A stretch of 64,000 nt of DNA from an uncultured archaeon (GCA_964558645.1 CAZLEV010000003.1:32001-96000); one strand, 5' to 3'. Counted from the stretch's first letter, positions 1 to 11,120 are shown. The notes: a model not told the origin generated them from the sequence alone. Program-made: numbers and translations.

Positions 1-461
1 CAAGCAAGAGAATTGTGGTGGCGGGTGGCATGGTGGATCCACGGGTTCTCTCGGATGTGGTTGAGAGGCGGAACAAGTCTGAACGGGTAGACATCGTTCT
101 CGACTTGTTGTCATTTGGTTTCAGGACCGTATTCACTCATGCCCCGTCCCTAGATGGGGACCCATTCGAGTCGATGGCCAGATCTGTGCTGAGTGCACCA
201 CTTGAGCCAACTCAAGAGGGTCTCTCTGCGAGAAAGCTGTTCCTGCAGAGTGTTCTAGCAAGCCTCTCTGTAGACGGACTCATGGTATGTGAGCAGTCTT
301 TCTGTGACCCCGACGAGTTCGAAGGACCATCGCTGGAGAGGGTTGCGAGAGAGATGGGCATCCCTGTTGTCCGTGTTCCGTTAGACCCTGAACTCTCTGA
401 TAGTGCACGAATTGAGACAAGAATACAGACTTTCTTGGAGAACATCAACCTGGAGGTATAG
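1..461 (+). CDS. 2-hydroxyacyl-CoA dehydratase / benzoyl-CoA reductase-like subunit (HgdB/FldC/BzdN type), 5'-truncated by window edge
   Basis: C-terminal FCDPDEFE motif and 'RIETRIQTFLE' ending; directly upstream of the partner subunit and activator. Confidence 0.8.
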   Translation, partial: SKRIVVAGGMVDPRVLSDVVERRNKSERVDIVLDLLSFGFRTVFTHAPSLDGDPFESMARSVLSAPLEPTQEGLSARKLFLQSVLASLSVDGLMVCEQSFCDPDEFEGPSLERVAREMGIPVVRVPLDPELSDSARIETRIQTFLENINLEV

Positions 462-464
462 ATT

Positions 465-1676
465 GTGACAGAGTATGCAGAGAAGGATTACAGACCTCTG
501 GAGAGTCAGAGTCTCCTGCAACAGGTGATGTTCAGGTACATGCTTGAGGGACACGCAGCCAGTGAGGAAGGCAGACTTGCATGGGTGACCTCAGGTTTTC
601 CGGTAGAAATACCGCAGGCAATGGGCGTTACTTCAAGCTATCCGGAGCAATATGGTGCAGTTGTTGGTTCACAGAAGGTAGGTCCCATGATATGTGGCTT
701 TGCGGAGGAGCTCGGATACTCTCAAGAGCTCTGTTCATACGCACGTTCCGGTATCGGCTCTACTCTTCGTCCTGGCGATAGCCCTCTGGACGGGCTTCCC
801 ACTCCGCAGGCGTTGCTTGCCTGCAACAACATCTGTGGAACTGTACTGCGTTGGTATGATGCAGTGTCTGAAATTACAGGCGCACCCGTGTTCCTGTTGG
901 ATTCACCACCTCTTGATGACGGGCAAAGCTCCTATCACCTGGAATACGTCAAGAGCGGCATCCAAAAGCTCGTGGGTTTCTTGGAGAAAAGGTTCAAGAC
1001 CGAATTAGAGGTCGACCGTCTACGTCGTGTCGCACATTTCTCCACTCGGGCAATCAGACTCTGGACGAAGTCCCTGGAGGCCTGTAAGAACACCCCCAGT
1101 CCACTGAACTGCGCAGATCGGTTTCTCACGATGGCACCTGTGGTTTCCATGAGAGGGACTGAACACATAGTTGAGTTCTACGAGGCTCTCCTCAACGAAG
1201 TCAGAGATAGAGTGAAACAGAATCTTGGAGCCATAAGAGAGGAGAAGATACGACTCCTCTGGGACAATATACCTCCGTGGTTCAACATATTCAAGTTCTT
1301 CAACGGCTTAGCGAAGAGGGGTGTGGTGTTTCCAGCTGACACATATACTCACGCGTGGTCTGGCTCAATATCAGGAGATGACCTGTTCGAGAGTGTAGCG
1401 AGAATCTACAGCAATGTGTATCTGAACAAAGGGCTCGATGCGAAAGTGGATAAGATGTGTGAGCTCATCAGAAACTACGATCTGGACGGTTTTGCATTAT
1501 TCTCGGTGAGGTCGTGTAAACGATACTCACTAGGGCAACTCGTTTCCAAGGAACTTGTGACTGAGCGGACCGGAGTACCGGGTGTGGTCATCGAGGGTGA
1601 CATGGTCGACAGCCGCCTGTTCAACGAAGCACAGGTTCAGACAAGGATTGACGCGCTGCTTGAGATGTTGATGTGA
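465..1676 (+). CDS. 2-hydroxyacyl-CoA dehydratase subunit (HgdA/FldB/BzdO type)
   Basis: YPEQYG, ELCSYAR, CNNICG, RSCK and IEGDMVD..F...QVQTRIDA motifs. Confidence 0.88.
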   Translation: MTEYAEKDYRPLESQSLLQQVMFRYMLEGHAASEEGRLAWVTSGFPVEIPQAMGVTSSYPEQYGAVVGSQKVGPMICGFAEELGYSQELCSYARSGIGSTLRPGDSPLDGLPTPQALLACNNICGTVLRWYDAVSEITGAPVFLLDSPPLDDGQSSYHLEYVKSGIQKLVGFLEKRFKTELEVDRLRRVAHFSTRAIRLWTKSLEACKNTPSPLNCADRFLTMAPVVSMRGTEHIVEFYEALLNEVRDRVKQNLGAIREEKIRLLWDNIPPWFNIFKFFNGLAKRGVVFPADTYTHAWSGSISGDDLFESVARIYSNVYLNKGLDAKVDKMCELIRNYDLDGFALFSVRSCKRYSLGQLVSKELVTERTGVPGVVIEGDMVDSRLFNEAQVQTRIDALLEMLM

Positions 1677-1688
1677 GGAGCTGAGAGC

Positions 1689-2477
1689 ATGACTGGAGAG
1701 CCTGAGTACGGAGTCGGACTAGACATAGGCTCAACCAGTACGAAGGCTGTGTTGATTGACAAAAACTGTCGTGTGCTAGGAAGCCATCTGTTGCCCACTG
1801 GGGCTTCTGCAGTCGTGGCTGCGGAGAGATGTCTTGATGCAGTAGCGCATCAGATGGGCGTCGATTGGAGTAGGACTGTGACAGTAAGCACGGGCTATGG
1901 GCGGTCTCTCATCGAATCGGTTGACAGAAACATCACCGAGATAACCTGTCACAGTGTTGGAGTAAATCATCTTAACCCAGACATCCGACTTCTCATCGAC
2001 GTTGGTGGACAAGACTCGAAGGTGATCCGGATCGGTGCAAATGGTCGCCCCGAGAACTTCGAGCTGAATGACAAGTGCAGTGCTGGGACTGGTAGATTTC
2101 TCGAAGTCATGGCTGGAGTTCTGGAGATATCCCTGAGCGAATTCGGGCAGTTGGCTCTCAAGTCGGAGAATCCTTGTGATATAAGCAACACATGTACTGT
2201 CTTTGCTGAGAGTGAAGTTGTGGGTCATATCGGAGCTGGCAAGAGAGTCGAAGACATAGCCGCCGGCATTCATGCATCGATGGCTTCAAAGATTGCCTCA
2301 TTGTCGAGGCGAGTCCGAAGCACGGGGCCATTCGGTCTGACCGGTGGCGTTGCATTGAATCCCGCTTTCGTCCATTACCTTTCAACTGAACTCGATGCTT
2401 CGATATGGGTCCCGGAGGAGCCCCAACTGACCGGAGCCCTCGGTGCAGCGATATTGGGGCTTCATGACAGGAAGTGA
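1689..2477 (+). CDS. ATP-dependent [4Fe-4S] activator of dehydratase (HgdC/BadF-BadG-BcrA-BcrD ASKHA ATPase)
   Basis: GLDIGSTSTK, STGYGR, EITCH, DVGGQDSK, NDKCSAGTGRFLE, CTVFAESE. Confidence 0.95.
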   Translation: MTGEPEYGVGLDIGSTSTKAVLIDKNCRVLGSHLLPTGASAVVAAERCLDAVAHQMGVDWSRTVTVSTGYGRSLIESVDRNITEITCHSVGVNHLNPDIRLLIDVGGQDSKVIRIGANGRPENFELNDKCSAGTGRFLEVMAGVLEISLSEFGQLALKSENPCDISNTCTVFAESEVVGHIGAGKRVEDIAAGIHASMASKIASLSRRVRSTGPFGLTGGVALNPAFVHYLSTELDASIWVPEEPQLTGALGAAILGLHDRK

Positions 2478-2625
2478 GACGCTCCAGCCCATTGAAGCAC
2501 AAGCTATTCTTCCACCTTTTACTGGCTGTTTTCAGCCACCATTCATGTCTTTCGTGCATATGACCTCCTGCGTCCATCGAATGACTTTTTGGATGATGTG
2601 TGAGCGGTGGAGTAGGTTTTGTCTG

Positions 2626-3399
2626 ATGACCGGCAATAGGGTGGAGATAAGCACAGAGGATCTCAGGAAAAGCTTTGGTGACATTCAAGCTGTCAGACCT
2701 TTGAATCTCGACGTGGAACGTGGAACAACATTCGGCTATCTGGGACCTAATGGTGCAGGGAAGACAACGACCGTACGAATGCTCTCTGGTCTACTTCGTC
2801 CCACTGGTGGAAGTGCAACGGTGTGTGGTCTTGACATATCTAACCAGAGAGACCAGATTAAGGCAATCACTGGTCTTCTCCCCGAGGCACCAGGCCTGTA
2901 CTCAAAGCTTTCTGCCTATGAGTTCCTGGAGTTCATTGGAGCCCTGTATGATTTGAGCGGCGAAGCACTCGCACGCACAATCAATAGGCTACTCAATCTT
3001 CTGGATCTAACTGAGCGTCAGAACGACCTGTTGGAGAGCTACAGCTCTGGAATGAAGCAGAAGGTACTGATTGCCTCGACGCTGATCCATGAACCACGGC
3101 TTGTCTTTCTTGATGAGCCTACCGCCCGACTTGATCCGGCCGCGAGTGCTCTTGTGAAGGAGATCATCATTGCTCTCGCTGAGGAAACGGACACGACCTT
3201 CTTCATCTGTACACATCTCACTGATTTCGCTGAGGATGTATGTGACGTCATCGGGATACTGGTTGAAGGTGAGCTCGTGGAACATGGACCCCCACAGGAG
3301 ATTATCAGTCGTACGGATTCTGAAGACCTTGAAGATGCATATCTCAAGATAGTCGGAGGAAAAATCGACCGAGAGGAACTGCTCAGCTGGAGGGAATAG
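2626..3399 (+). CDS. ABC exporter ATP-binding protein
   Basis: Walker A GPNGAGKTT, signature YSSGMKQK, Walker B FLDEP; start moved to ATG 2626 because the upstream extension has no ABC-like sequence. Confidence 0.92.
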   Translation: MTGNRVEISTEDLRKSFGDIQAVRPLNLDVERGTTFGYLGPNGAGKTTTVRMLSGLLRPTGGSATVCGLDISNQRDQIKAITGLLPEAPGLYSKLSAYEFLEFIGALYDLSGEALARTINRLLNLLDLTERQNDLLESYSSGMKQKVLIASTLIHEPRLVFLDEPTARLDPAASALVKEIIIALAEETDTTFFICTHLTDFAEDVCDVIGILVEGELVEHGPPQEIISRTDSEDLEDAYLKIVGGKIDREELLSWRE

Positions 3400-3402
3400 C
3401 TC

Positions 3403-5046
3403 TTGGCACGTGGTTGGTGGGCAATCGCAAAAGCCGAGTTTCGTGTTTCCACATCCAACTTCAGAAAGAATCGGGCAGCTGCTTTTGCAGGAATCTATGC
3501 CTTTGCTATCGTTTGGGCATTGTTTCTTGCACCTGAAGTGCTCTCTGCTTTCTTCTGGATGCTTGAGGTTGACCCAAACCCGCTGATTCAGGGAGGGCTG
3601 CCGGGAATCATGCGCACACTCCTGCTCATCCTCTGGTTGATGATTCTACTCTATCCTCTCTCATATTCACTTCAGGAGATCAAGATCGGTCAATGGGAGA
3701 TCATGCTCAGCAGCAATATCCGAACACGTGACATGCTTCTCGGAATGTTTGTTGGGAAGATTCCAGTATACTTTCTCATTGCCCTCTTCATGGCTCCGCT
3801 CTTCTTCTCAGTGGTTGTGAGTGCCTTCTCCATGACACTAGTGGGACAAATCCTCATGTATGGTGTAGTCTTTCTCTTCGTGCTTGCAACCATCTGGGTC
3901 TCGAATCTTCTCTCAGTAGGCATCCAGGCAAAGCTCGGTGATTCGTCCAGGGGCAATGATTTGGCCAAGGCTCTCAGCATTGTGGTAGCACTAGTCTTTT
4001 TGGTTCCGGTTTACGGACTGATGTACTTTGCAGGGCCCCTCACCGAGATCATGGGGTGGGACATTTTTCTCATTCTTCCATCAACGTGGTGCGCCGACCT
4101 TTTGAGTTGGATTGCTGTGTCTACTGCAAGTCTAGCTCTTCCTCCTGCCCTCATCGCCCTCTACAACACTGTCCTTGTCCTGCCACCGATTCTCTATGCT
4201 CTCTTGCTTTCTCTCCTCGCATGCGTGACAGTCATCGGTGGGTTTGCCGCCTCTGAGAAGATGTTTTCTCTGGAAAGCACGAGAGGTGCCGAAAAGGTGA
4301 TCACGGTCAAGGGAGAGAATGCCATACTCAGAGGGCTCAGACGTCTTATGCCCGGTCCATCTGGAACTCTTACCGTTACCTCCGTCAAGGAGTTCAATCG
4401 AAAGGCTCAGAATATCTCTCGAGTTGCATATGGAGCCATTCTAGCCATCATCCTCCCTGTAATCCTCAATGCGTCGTCTCTTGGCGAAATTGGTGACCCG
4501 CTATTTGTCCTTGTACTATCAACCTTCATGGTGAGCATGATGCTCGGTCTGATTGCGGGACTCACGTTCGGTGGGGTAGGTTTCTTGGAGTCAAGGGACC
4601 AGCTCTGGATCATTCAGAGCGGACCATCAGGCGCCTGGAAATACATGAAGGCTAGGCTGATACAGTCATTCTTGATTTCCATTCCCTTGGCTCTGTTTCC
4701 CACCGCAGTCGTTTCATTTGTTATGGGGCTTACGATCATCGATGGACTGCTGATGAGTCTGCATAGCTACGTACTCATGTGTGGTTGTGTCATGATTGCC
4801 ACAGGGATTACGGCGCTCAATCCTGCCTATGAGGATACCAAGAGCAGTGCTTTCTATGTCAATACATTCGTCAGCATGACCATCATTATGTTTCTGGTGT
4901 TGGGGTCTTTGATATTGGGAATAAGAGTTGGCACAGTATTCGAAAACGTCTATCTGCTCTTGATAACAGCGGCAATGCCAGCTGTCTTGCTCGGAGCTGT
5001 CATTGCAGGCGCAGGTGCGTACAGGCTATCATCTCCCGAATCATGA
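3403..5046 (+). CDS. ABC exporter multi-pass permease
   Basis: Many hydrophobic helices in two halves; 3 nt after the ATPase stop. Confidence 0.8.
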   Translation: MARGWWAIAKAEFRVSTSNFRKNRAAAFAGIYAFAIVWALFLAPEVLSAFFWMLEVDPNPLIQGGLPGIMRTLLLILWLMILLYPLSYSLQEIKIGQWEIMLSSNIRTRDMLLGMFVGKIPVYFLIALFMAPLFFSVVVSAFSMTLVGQILMYGVVFLFVLATIWVSNLLSVGIQAKLGDSSRGNDLAKALSIVVALVFLVPVYGLMYFAGPLTEIMGWDIFLILPSTWCADLLSWIAVSTASLALPPALIALYNTVLVLPPILYALLLSLLACVTVIGGFAASEKMFSLESTRGAEKVITVKGENAILRGLRRLMPGPSGTLTVTSVKEFNRKAQNISRVAYGAILAIILPVILNASSLGEIGDPLFVLVLSTFMVSMMLGLIAGLTFGGVGFLESRDQLWIIQSGPSGAWKYMKARLIQSFLISIPLALFPTAVVSFVMGLTIIDGLLMSLHSYVLMCGCVMIATGITALNPAYEDTKSSAFYVNTFVSMTIIMFLVLGSLILGIRVGTVFENVYLLLITAAMPAVLLGAVIAGAGAYRLSSPES

Positions 5047-5091
5047 ATCACTATGAAGAAAGGATTCTGAATACGGGGTGACTGGGAATCT

Positions 5092-6846
5092 TCAGACTCT
5101 TCTTCTGAATCGCTTTTCCAGTTCAGCAGCTGTGATCTTGAAAAGAGTTGGACGTCCATGCGGGCAACTGTATCTGTCCTGGGTACGAGCAAGCTCAACA
5201 AGGAGTGCTCTAATCTCTTCGTTGTTGAGTGGCTGTCCGCTTCGGATTGCGTTGTGACATGCAGTAACCTTTACGAGTTCATCCATGAAATGCTCAGTGG
5301 CGTGGTCACTTCCGATATCTAGGATTTGGTCCATGAGCGCGACCATGTCCTCTTCAGAAACACTTCGTCCAAGTATTTCAGGCACTGCCGATATCAGCAC
5401 TTCATTTCCACCGAAGAAGCTGATATCATATCCGATCTCTGCCAGATCGTCGGCCACCTCCAGTATCCTTTCTACGTCAGTCGTGCTGAGCTGCAAGACG
5501 ATGGGCTCAAGCATTTCCTGAATCCCAATCGAACCCTCATTGGCTTCTCTTCTGAATCGCTCATACATCACTCGCTCGTTTGCTGCGTGTTGGTCAACCA
5601 CAAGAATGCCATCATCGGTCTCAAGCAGGATGTACAGATTCATTACCTGTCCTATGATTCTGAAGCTGCCTCCGAGGGGGCCGAGTTCCATCACTTCGTC
5701 TTGGAGCCCGATTTCGGGATCATCTAGGAGCGTCTGATGTTCTACAAGGGGCTGGTTATTCTTCATCAATCCCCTCACAGAACCTGAAGAGGTTGTGCTG
5801 TGACGGATGGTGCCATTGCCCCTATCTCCGTGGGGCATCCCCAAAGAATGAGGTATCTCATCTTGGTGTAAGACTCTTCGGACCGCGATTCTGAGCGTCT
5901 TCGCGATCTCGTGGAGGTCTGTCACTCGGACTTCCTTCTTGGTTGGATGTACATTAGCGTCAACATCCGTTGCTTCTAATGAGATGTCTAGCACACACAC
6001 AGGGTATCTGCCCCGCATCAAGAGAGTCGCGTAAGCGGCCTCGACAGCTTTACTCAAAGATTCCTCTTCAATCGGGCGCCCCAAAACATAGAAGAACTCT
6101 CTACTTCTGTTTCCTCTGGATATTGGCGGTCTCGCCACGAAGCCCTGTATTCTTACTCTCTTCCCCTCATGATTTACCTGAACAAGATTCTGACCGATTT
6201 CCTGCCCCATGATGTCGGAAATCCTGTCGCACCAGTCTTGATTGGGCGGCACTTCAATTGCGGTCTGTCCATCACGCACAAGGCGGAATCCGACATCATT
6301 TCTGACCGCGGCATGGCGCATGACAACCTCATTGACTTTCATTCCTTCGTGTCCCGGACTGCCAAGGTGTTTCTTTCTGGCGGGAACCCGCGCAAATAGG
6401 TCCTCCACAATGACGGTAGTGCCTCGTGGTCTTGAAGCATCAGTAACGATCGGTTTCTCACCTGCCCTTGCTGTCAGTTTTGCTCCGACGGTCTTGTCAG
6501 AAACACTGGATAGAATCTGTATATCTGCAACGGCTGACATACTGGCCAGCGCCTCTCCTCTGAACCCATAAGTCTTGATCCTATCGATGTCAGACTTGCT
6601 GGATATCTTGCTCGTCGAGTGTCGAAGGATGGATATAGTTAGATCATCTTTCTCTATCCCTTCTCCGTTATCTGAAACAAGAATCTTAGACAGTCCACCT
6701 CTCTCAATCTCGATGTCTATCAGAGAGGCCTCTGCATCGAGTGAGTTCTCTATCAGTTCCTTGACAACTGAAGAGGGGTTCTCGATGACTTCACCTGCAG
6801 AGATGAGAGAAACCAGGTCATCATCCAAAACCCTGATTCTAGTCAA
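5092..6846 (-). CDS. mutL: DNA mismatch repair endonuclease MutL
   Basis: ISAGEVIENPSSVVKELIENSLDA, GFRGEAL, DANVHPTK, endonuclease motifs DQHAANERVMYE, ACH, CPHGRP. Confidence 0.97.
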   Translation of the reverse strand: MTRIRVLDDDLVSLISAGEVIENPSSVVKELIENSLDAEASLIDIEIERGGLSKILVSDNGEGIEKDDLTISILRHSTSKISSKSDIDRIKTYGFRGEALASMSAVADIQILSSVSDKTVGAKLTARAGEKPIVTDASRPRGTTVIVEDLFARVPARKKHLGSPGHEGMKVNEVVMRHAAVRNDVGFRLVRDGQTAIEVPPNQDWCDRISDIMGQEIGQNLVQVNHEGKRVRIQGFVARPPISRGNRSREFFYVLGRPIEEESLSKAVEAAYATLLMRGRYPVCVLDISLEATDVDANVHPTKKEVRVTDLHEIAKTLRIAVRRVLHQDEIPHSLGMPHGDRGNGTIRHSTTSSGSVRGLMKNNQPLVEHQTLLDDPEIGLQDEVMELGPLGGSFRIIGQVMNLYILLETDDGILVVDQHAANERVMYERFRREANEGSIGIQEMLEPIVLQLSTTDVERILEVADDLAEIGYDISFFGGNEVLISAVPEILGRSVSEEDMVALMDQILDIGSDHATEHFMDELVKVTACHNAIRSGQPLNNEEIRALLVELARTQDRYSCPHGRPTLFKITAAELEKRFRRRV

Positions 6847-6855
6847 TGGACCACC

Positions 6856-8415
6856 TCATTCCTTGATGGCCGAATACTCCTCTATTCCACCGACGAAGGT
6901 GCTTTCGACTCTGATATCCTTGATCTTCTCAGGAGGGCACTCCAGGATGTGATCGGAGAGAACCACGAAGTCCGCCCTCTTTCCTACTTGGATGCTCCCT
7001 GCAATCCGTTCCATGAATGAAGAGTATGCTCCCTCGAGAGTATAACACCTGAGCGCCTCTTCGACTGTGAGGCGAACGCGATCATTTGGATGAGTTGCGG
7101 CTGCCCAGATACCATAGAGCGGATCGTAGGGCATTCCATCAGATCCAAAGGCTACTCTTGCGCCATTATCGAGTGCAACCCTGAACATATTCATCCCTCG
7201 AACGCGTTCCTCGTCGAAGCGTCTTTCATAGAGTCCGTCTTCGAGCTGCCACTGTCCAACGAAGTTGGGCTGCATTGAAAGGATGACCCCGAGGCTCACT
7301 GCTCTCCTGATCTGGTACTCGGATATCATCTCGGCATGTTCTATCCTGTGTCTTTGGCCTCGAATCTGGGCCTTTTGCTCCTCTTCCAGTGATTCAAACG
7401 CATTCAGGACAGTCTCGATTGCAGCGTCTCCGATTGCATGAGTAAGTGTCTGAATACCATGCTCTATTGCTTTGGAAAAGATATCCCGAATATCATCCTC
7501 TGATATGAACATCTTGCCCGTGTTCTTGGGGTCATCTTTGTATGGTTCCGAGACTGCGGCCGTTCGGGCTCCAATGGATCCATCCACAAATAGCTTCACT
7601 CCTCCGATGCGTACCATTGGTCCGCCTAGGCCTGATGTAATGCCGAGTGCTATCATGTGTTCCAGATTCTCAACACGGGGGTTTACAACAAGGCGTGCAG
7701 TCAAGAGCTCCTTACGTTCGCAATCACGAATTGCTTTGAGAAAGCCAGATTGGATGTTGTCGACTGCTGTCGTTATGCCGTGCTTGTTTGCAAGGCGTGT
7801 TGCTGCACAGACTGCATCTTGAAGATTCGTTGAAGCGGGTGCATCCTCGCCGAAGAGCCCAACTACGTCTTTCAGTACCCCTGTGGGTTTTCCATCTTCG
7901 TCAGTCATGACCCCCTCGCTCTCTGACGGCAGATTGAACTTGCGAAGAGCAAGCGTATTCGCGCTCGTGAGATGCATATCGACTCTGTCGATGGCTATGG
8001 GATGTTCTGTGGAAACCTCGTCAAGGTCTTCAGCAGTGATGTATCTGCTCTCTTTCCATTTGCTTTCATCCCAGTTGTAACCCCTTATCCATTCCCCGGG
8101 ACTGTAACGTGGAAGCGCATCCTTCAAAATTTTCTTGACTTCGTCAATCGACCTTGCATCTTCAAGGTCGATGTGGGATGATCTCATGCCTGCATAGGTT
8201 ATGTGTGTGTGAGCATCGACAAACCCTGGGACTACAGTCTTCCCTCCTAGGTCAATTACCCGTTTTGCTGTCCCCACAAGATCAATCACGGAGTCATCGT
8301 CTCCAACCACCAGGAACTTGTAGTTCTTCACAGCTATGGCGGTAGCATCTGGATTCTCGGGGTTCATCGTCAGGATTTTACCGTTGATTACCACGAGTTC
8401 TGCTTCAAGCTCCAT
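6856..8415 (-). CDS. Amidohydrolase 3 family (YtcJ-like) metallohydrolase
   Basis: PGFVDAHTH, KLFVDGSIGARTA, HAIGD, RHRIEH, FGSD motifs. Confidence 0.92.
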   Translation of the reverse strand: MELEAELVVINGKILTMNPENPDATAIAVKNYKFLVVGDDDSVIDLVGTAKRVIDLGGKTVVPGFVDAHTHITYAGMRSSHIDLEDARSIDEVKKILKDALPRYSPGEWIRGYNWDESKWKESRYITAEDLDEVSTEHPIAIDRVDMHLTSANTLALRKFNLPSESEGVMTDEDGKPTGVLKDVVGLFGEDAPASTNLQDAVCAATRLANKHGITTAVDNIQSGFLKAIRDCERKELLTARLVVNPRVENLEHMIALGITSGLGGPMVRIGGVKLFVDGSIGARTAAVSEPYKDDPKNTGKMFISEDDIRDIFSKAIEHGIQTLTHAIGDAAIETVLNAFESLEEEQKAQIRGQRHRIEHAEMISEYQIRRAVSLGVILSMQPNFVGQWQLEDGLYERRFDEERVRGMNMFRVALDNGARVAFGSDGMPYDPLYGIWAAATHPNDRVRLTVEEALRCYTLEGAYSSFMERIAGSIQVGKRADFVVLSDHILECPPEKIKDIRVESTFVGGIEEYSAIKE

Positions 8416-8580
8416 TTGAGAACACACTGGTCACCTATCATGTACTCTTAGTTTATATTCTTGATGCATAGTCACCCGAAACTCTCATGGACGCAGAATA
8501 TCTGCTGATGGGTGACTCTTGGTGAGGAACTCTTGGCAAGATACTATTTTGCTCGGGTCATTCTGCTCTTAGAGGACCGT

Positions 8581-9225
8581 TCATTTCTTGGCTTTTTTCC
8601 AATCATCAAGAAATCGCTTGATACCAACATCCGTGAGGGGATGATTGATCATCTTGTCAAGCACTGCAGGGGGGATTGTGGCGATATCCGCGCCGACAAC
8701 TGCAGCCTCATAGACATGTACTGGATGTCTGATGCTAGCCACGATGATCTCGGTATCAAATGCGTAGTTGCTGTAGATCTCTGCAATGTCGACCACTATT
8801 TGCATGCCAACGTGACCGATATCATCCAAACGACCAATGAAGGGGGAAACGAAGGATGCCCCGGCCTTGGCGGCGAGGAGCGCTTGGTTTGGGCTGAAAC
8901 ACAAGGTGACGTTTGTATGGATTCCCTCATCCGAGAGAACCTTGACGGCTTTCAAGCCTTCCCAAGTCATTGGAATCTTGATTGCTGCATTGTCTATCCA
9001 AGTGTTCAGTTCTCGAGCTTCCTCAATCATTCCATCTGCCTCTTCACTGATCACTTCAAGACTGATAGGTCCGTCAACAAAAGAAGCAATCTCATCCACA
9101 ATCTCCCTGAAATTGCGGCCTTCTTTTGCTACAAGGGACGGGTTTGTGGTCACCCCGTCAACCATACCTCTCTCATGTGCTTGCCTGATGGCCTCGACGT
9201 TTGCGGTGTCTATGAAGAACTTCAT
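8581..9225 (-). CDS. tal: Transaldolase (small TalC/FSA-family type)
   Basis: [21 protein letters not shown]; Glu in SLEV and Phe in SPF favour transaldolase over fructose-6-P aldolase. Confidence 0.9.
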   Translation of the reverse strand: MKFFIDTANVEAIRQAHERGMVDGVTTNPSLVAKEGRNFREIVDEIASFVDGPISLEVISEEADGMIEEARELNTWIDNAAIKIPMTWEGLKAVKVLSDEGIHTNVTLCFSPNQALLAAKAGASFVSPFIGRLDDIGHVGMQIVVDIAEIYSNYAFDTEIIVASIRHPVHVYEAAVVGADIATIPPAVLDKMINHPLTDVGIKRFLDDWKKAKK

Positions 9226-9322
9226 CGCTATCAACTCTTATGATTTTGAAGGCCAGTTATATCTTCTTGTCTTTGGTGGTAGAATTGTTAGATGATATTC
9301 ATTTTGGTGATTCCAGTCTAGC

Positions 9323-9994
9323 CTAGTCTGGTGACCAACTCTTTGCAGCATTTCTCAGGTCCCTGACTGCTTGAGCTATGTCTTTTGCTTTGAATATCGA
9401 AGATCCTGCAATGAAGAACTCAGCACCTGCAGCATGCAGGGCCCCTATGTTCGCCATTGTCACTCCTCCATCGACAGCAATCTTCACTTCAGGCTTTTCA
9501 TCATCCAAGATGTGCCTGAGCTTCTTGATGCGAGTAATGGATGACTCGATGAATTTCTGCCCCCCAAATCCAGGGCAGACGCTCATAATCAGGACCGAGT
9601 CGATCAAATCGAGCAGGGGAACGACCCATTCGACGGGAGAGCCGGGATTCAGGGTGATTCCTGCCCTTGCTCCTTCGTGAACAATCAGCTGCACCGTCCT
9701 GTAGACATCATACGATGCCTCTGCATGTGGATAGATCAGCTCTACTCCGGCATCAACAAACTTGGGGATGTACTTGTCTGGATTCGAAATCATGAGATGT
9801 GCATCGAGGGGTCTTTCTGTGATTCTATTCATCGTTTCTGCAATCATTGGTCCATAGGAGATGTTTGGCACAAAGTGACCGTCCATGATATCAAGATGGA
9901 AGTAGTCGGGTTCTCCGTTCTCCGCCTTACGTATGTCTTCTTCGAGTCGAGCGAAGTCTGCAGAGAGAATTGATGGGGAGATGATGACTTCCAT
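9323..9994 (-). CDS. rpe: Ribulose-phosphate 3-epimerase
   Basis: [27 protein letters not shown], [12 protein letters not shown], VDGG. Confidence 0.96.
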   Translation of the reverse strand: MEVIISPSILSADFARLEEDIRKAENGEPDYFHLDIMDGHFVPNISYGPMIAETMNRITERPLDAHLMISNPDKYIPKFVDAGVELIYPHAEASYDVYRTVQLIVHEGARAGITLNPGSPVEWVVPLLDLIDSVLIMSVCPGFGGQKFIESSITRIKKLRHILDDEKPEVKIAVDGGVTMANIGALHAAGAEFFIAGSSIFKAKDIAQAVRDLRNAAKSWSPD

Positions 9995-10068
9995 GACAGT
10001 AGCCTCGCGGTGTTTATGATTCCCAAGTCTATTCTGGCATATTTAAGATTCGCCTATGTTGGCGGCAC

Positions 10069-11003
10069 GTCTTTGACTAGTCCAGATGCTCTCCTCGGTT
10101 TTGGACTCGGACGCACACTCCTAGCCCTGTTCATGCGAGTAGGTGGAGGAATCTATATCAAGACGGCAGATGTTGGTGCAGACCTTGTGGGCAAGGTGGA
10201 ACAGCGGTTCCTGAGGGCGACCCACGGAATGCTGCTGTCATTGCTGCGGTGAGTCTGTTTGAAACCTATTGGTCATCGGCGGGCTTCACCACCTGCTCCT
10301 GGACAGCCCAACTGTGTTCTCTGGGCTACTCCTGGGTGCTGTGCTCCCATGGTTGTTCTCAGCTCTGAACATCAAGGCGGTCTCACGTGCAGCGGGTCAG
10401 ATGGTCAGGATATCCGACGCCAGTTCAGGATACCCGGAATCCTGGAGGGCACGAAGGAACCAGACTATGATCGTGCTGTGGACATCTCAACGAGTGCGAC
10501 TCAGAAGGAGGTCATCGCCCTCTCAGCCATTACCACCTCGATACCCCTCATTTTAGGGATTCTGTTTGGTGTCGAGGCTCTGGGTGGATTCCTCGGCAGA
10601 ATCATCGTGTCCGGACAGCTCCTAGCTGTGCACATGTCCCACCGTGGTGGCGCATGGGACAACGCCGAGAAGTACATCGAAGACCGCCCTGTGCTCCTGA
10701 GAAACACCTTGGCAAAGGCTGGGAGCGTGACCAGTGTGGTGTTATTCGCGACACCATCAGTGACCTTCAAGGACACTGCTGGTCGGCTCTTGGCCCATGC
10801 TCAAGGTCGTGAATCTTGTGTTTCTCATCCTTGCTCCCCTTATGGTCACTTTCCGGTGCGGCGCTGAAATGAAGGTCAACCTTGCTCTTCTAGGTGTCCT
10901 CTTGATCCTCTTGCTAATGACCTATTGGGCCATTCGTAAGAGCAGAGCAGAGGCAGGCTCCGGCGCCGATATGGAAGTACGGACAGAGATCCACGAACAA
11001 TAG
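10069..11003 (+). pseudogene. hppA: Decayed membrane-bound H+/Na+-translocating pyrophosphatase
   Basis: Fragments in different frames: [20 protein letters not shown] / [13 protein letters not shown] / AVSRAAGQMV / RRQF..IPGILEG..PDY.RAVDIST / GGAWDNAEKYIE / FKDTAG; N-terminus and centre missing; 5' boundary approximate. Confidence 0.9.
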
Positions 11004-11016
11004 GACTAGACTAGAT

Positions 11017-11045
11017 GGTGGCCTTGTGCCACCTCCTCCTTTTTT
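11017..11045 (+). terminator. Hairpin + U-tract terminator after hppA remnant
   Basis: GGTGGC-cttgt-GCCACC followed by tcctcctttttt. Confidence 0.6.
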
Positions 11046-11120
11046 CTGGAAACAGAGCAATACTCGATTACCACTCACAGACTGCGTGCTAGTTATTAGG
11101 CTCGATCAACAGATACACTC

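Noticed and set aside
8512-9295. Long + strand ORFs (243 and 152 aa)
   Set aside because: Antisense shadows of transaldolase
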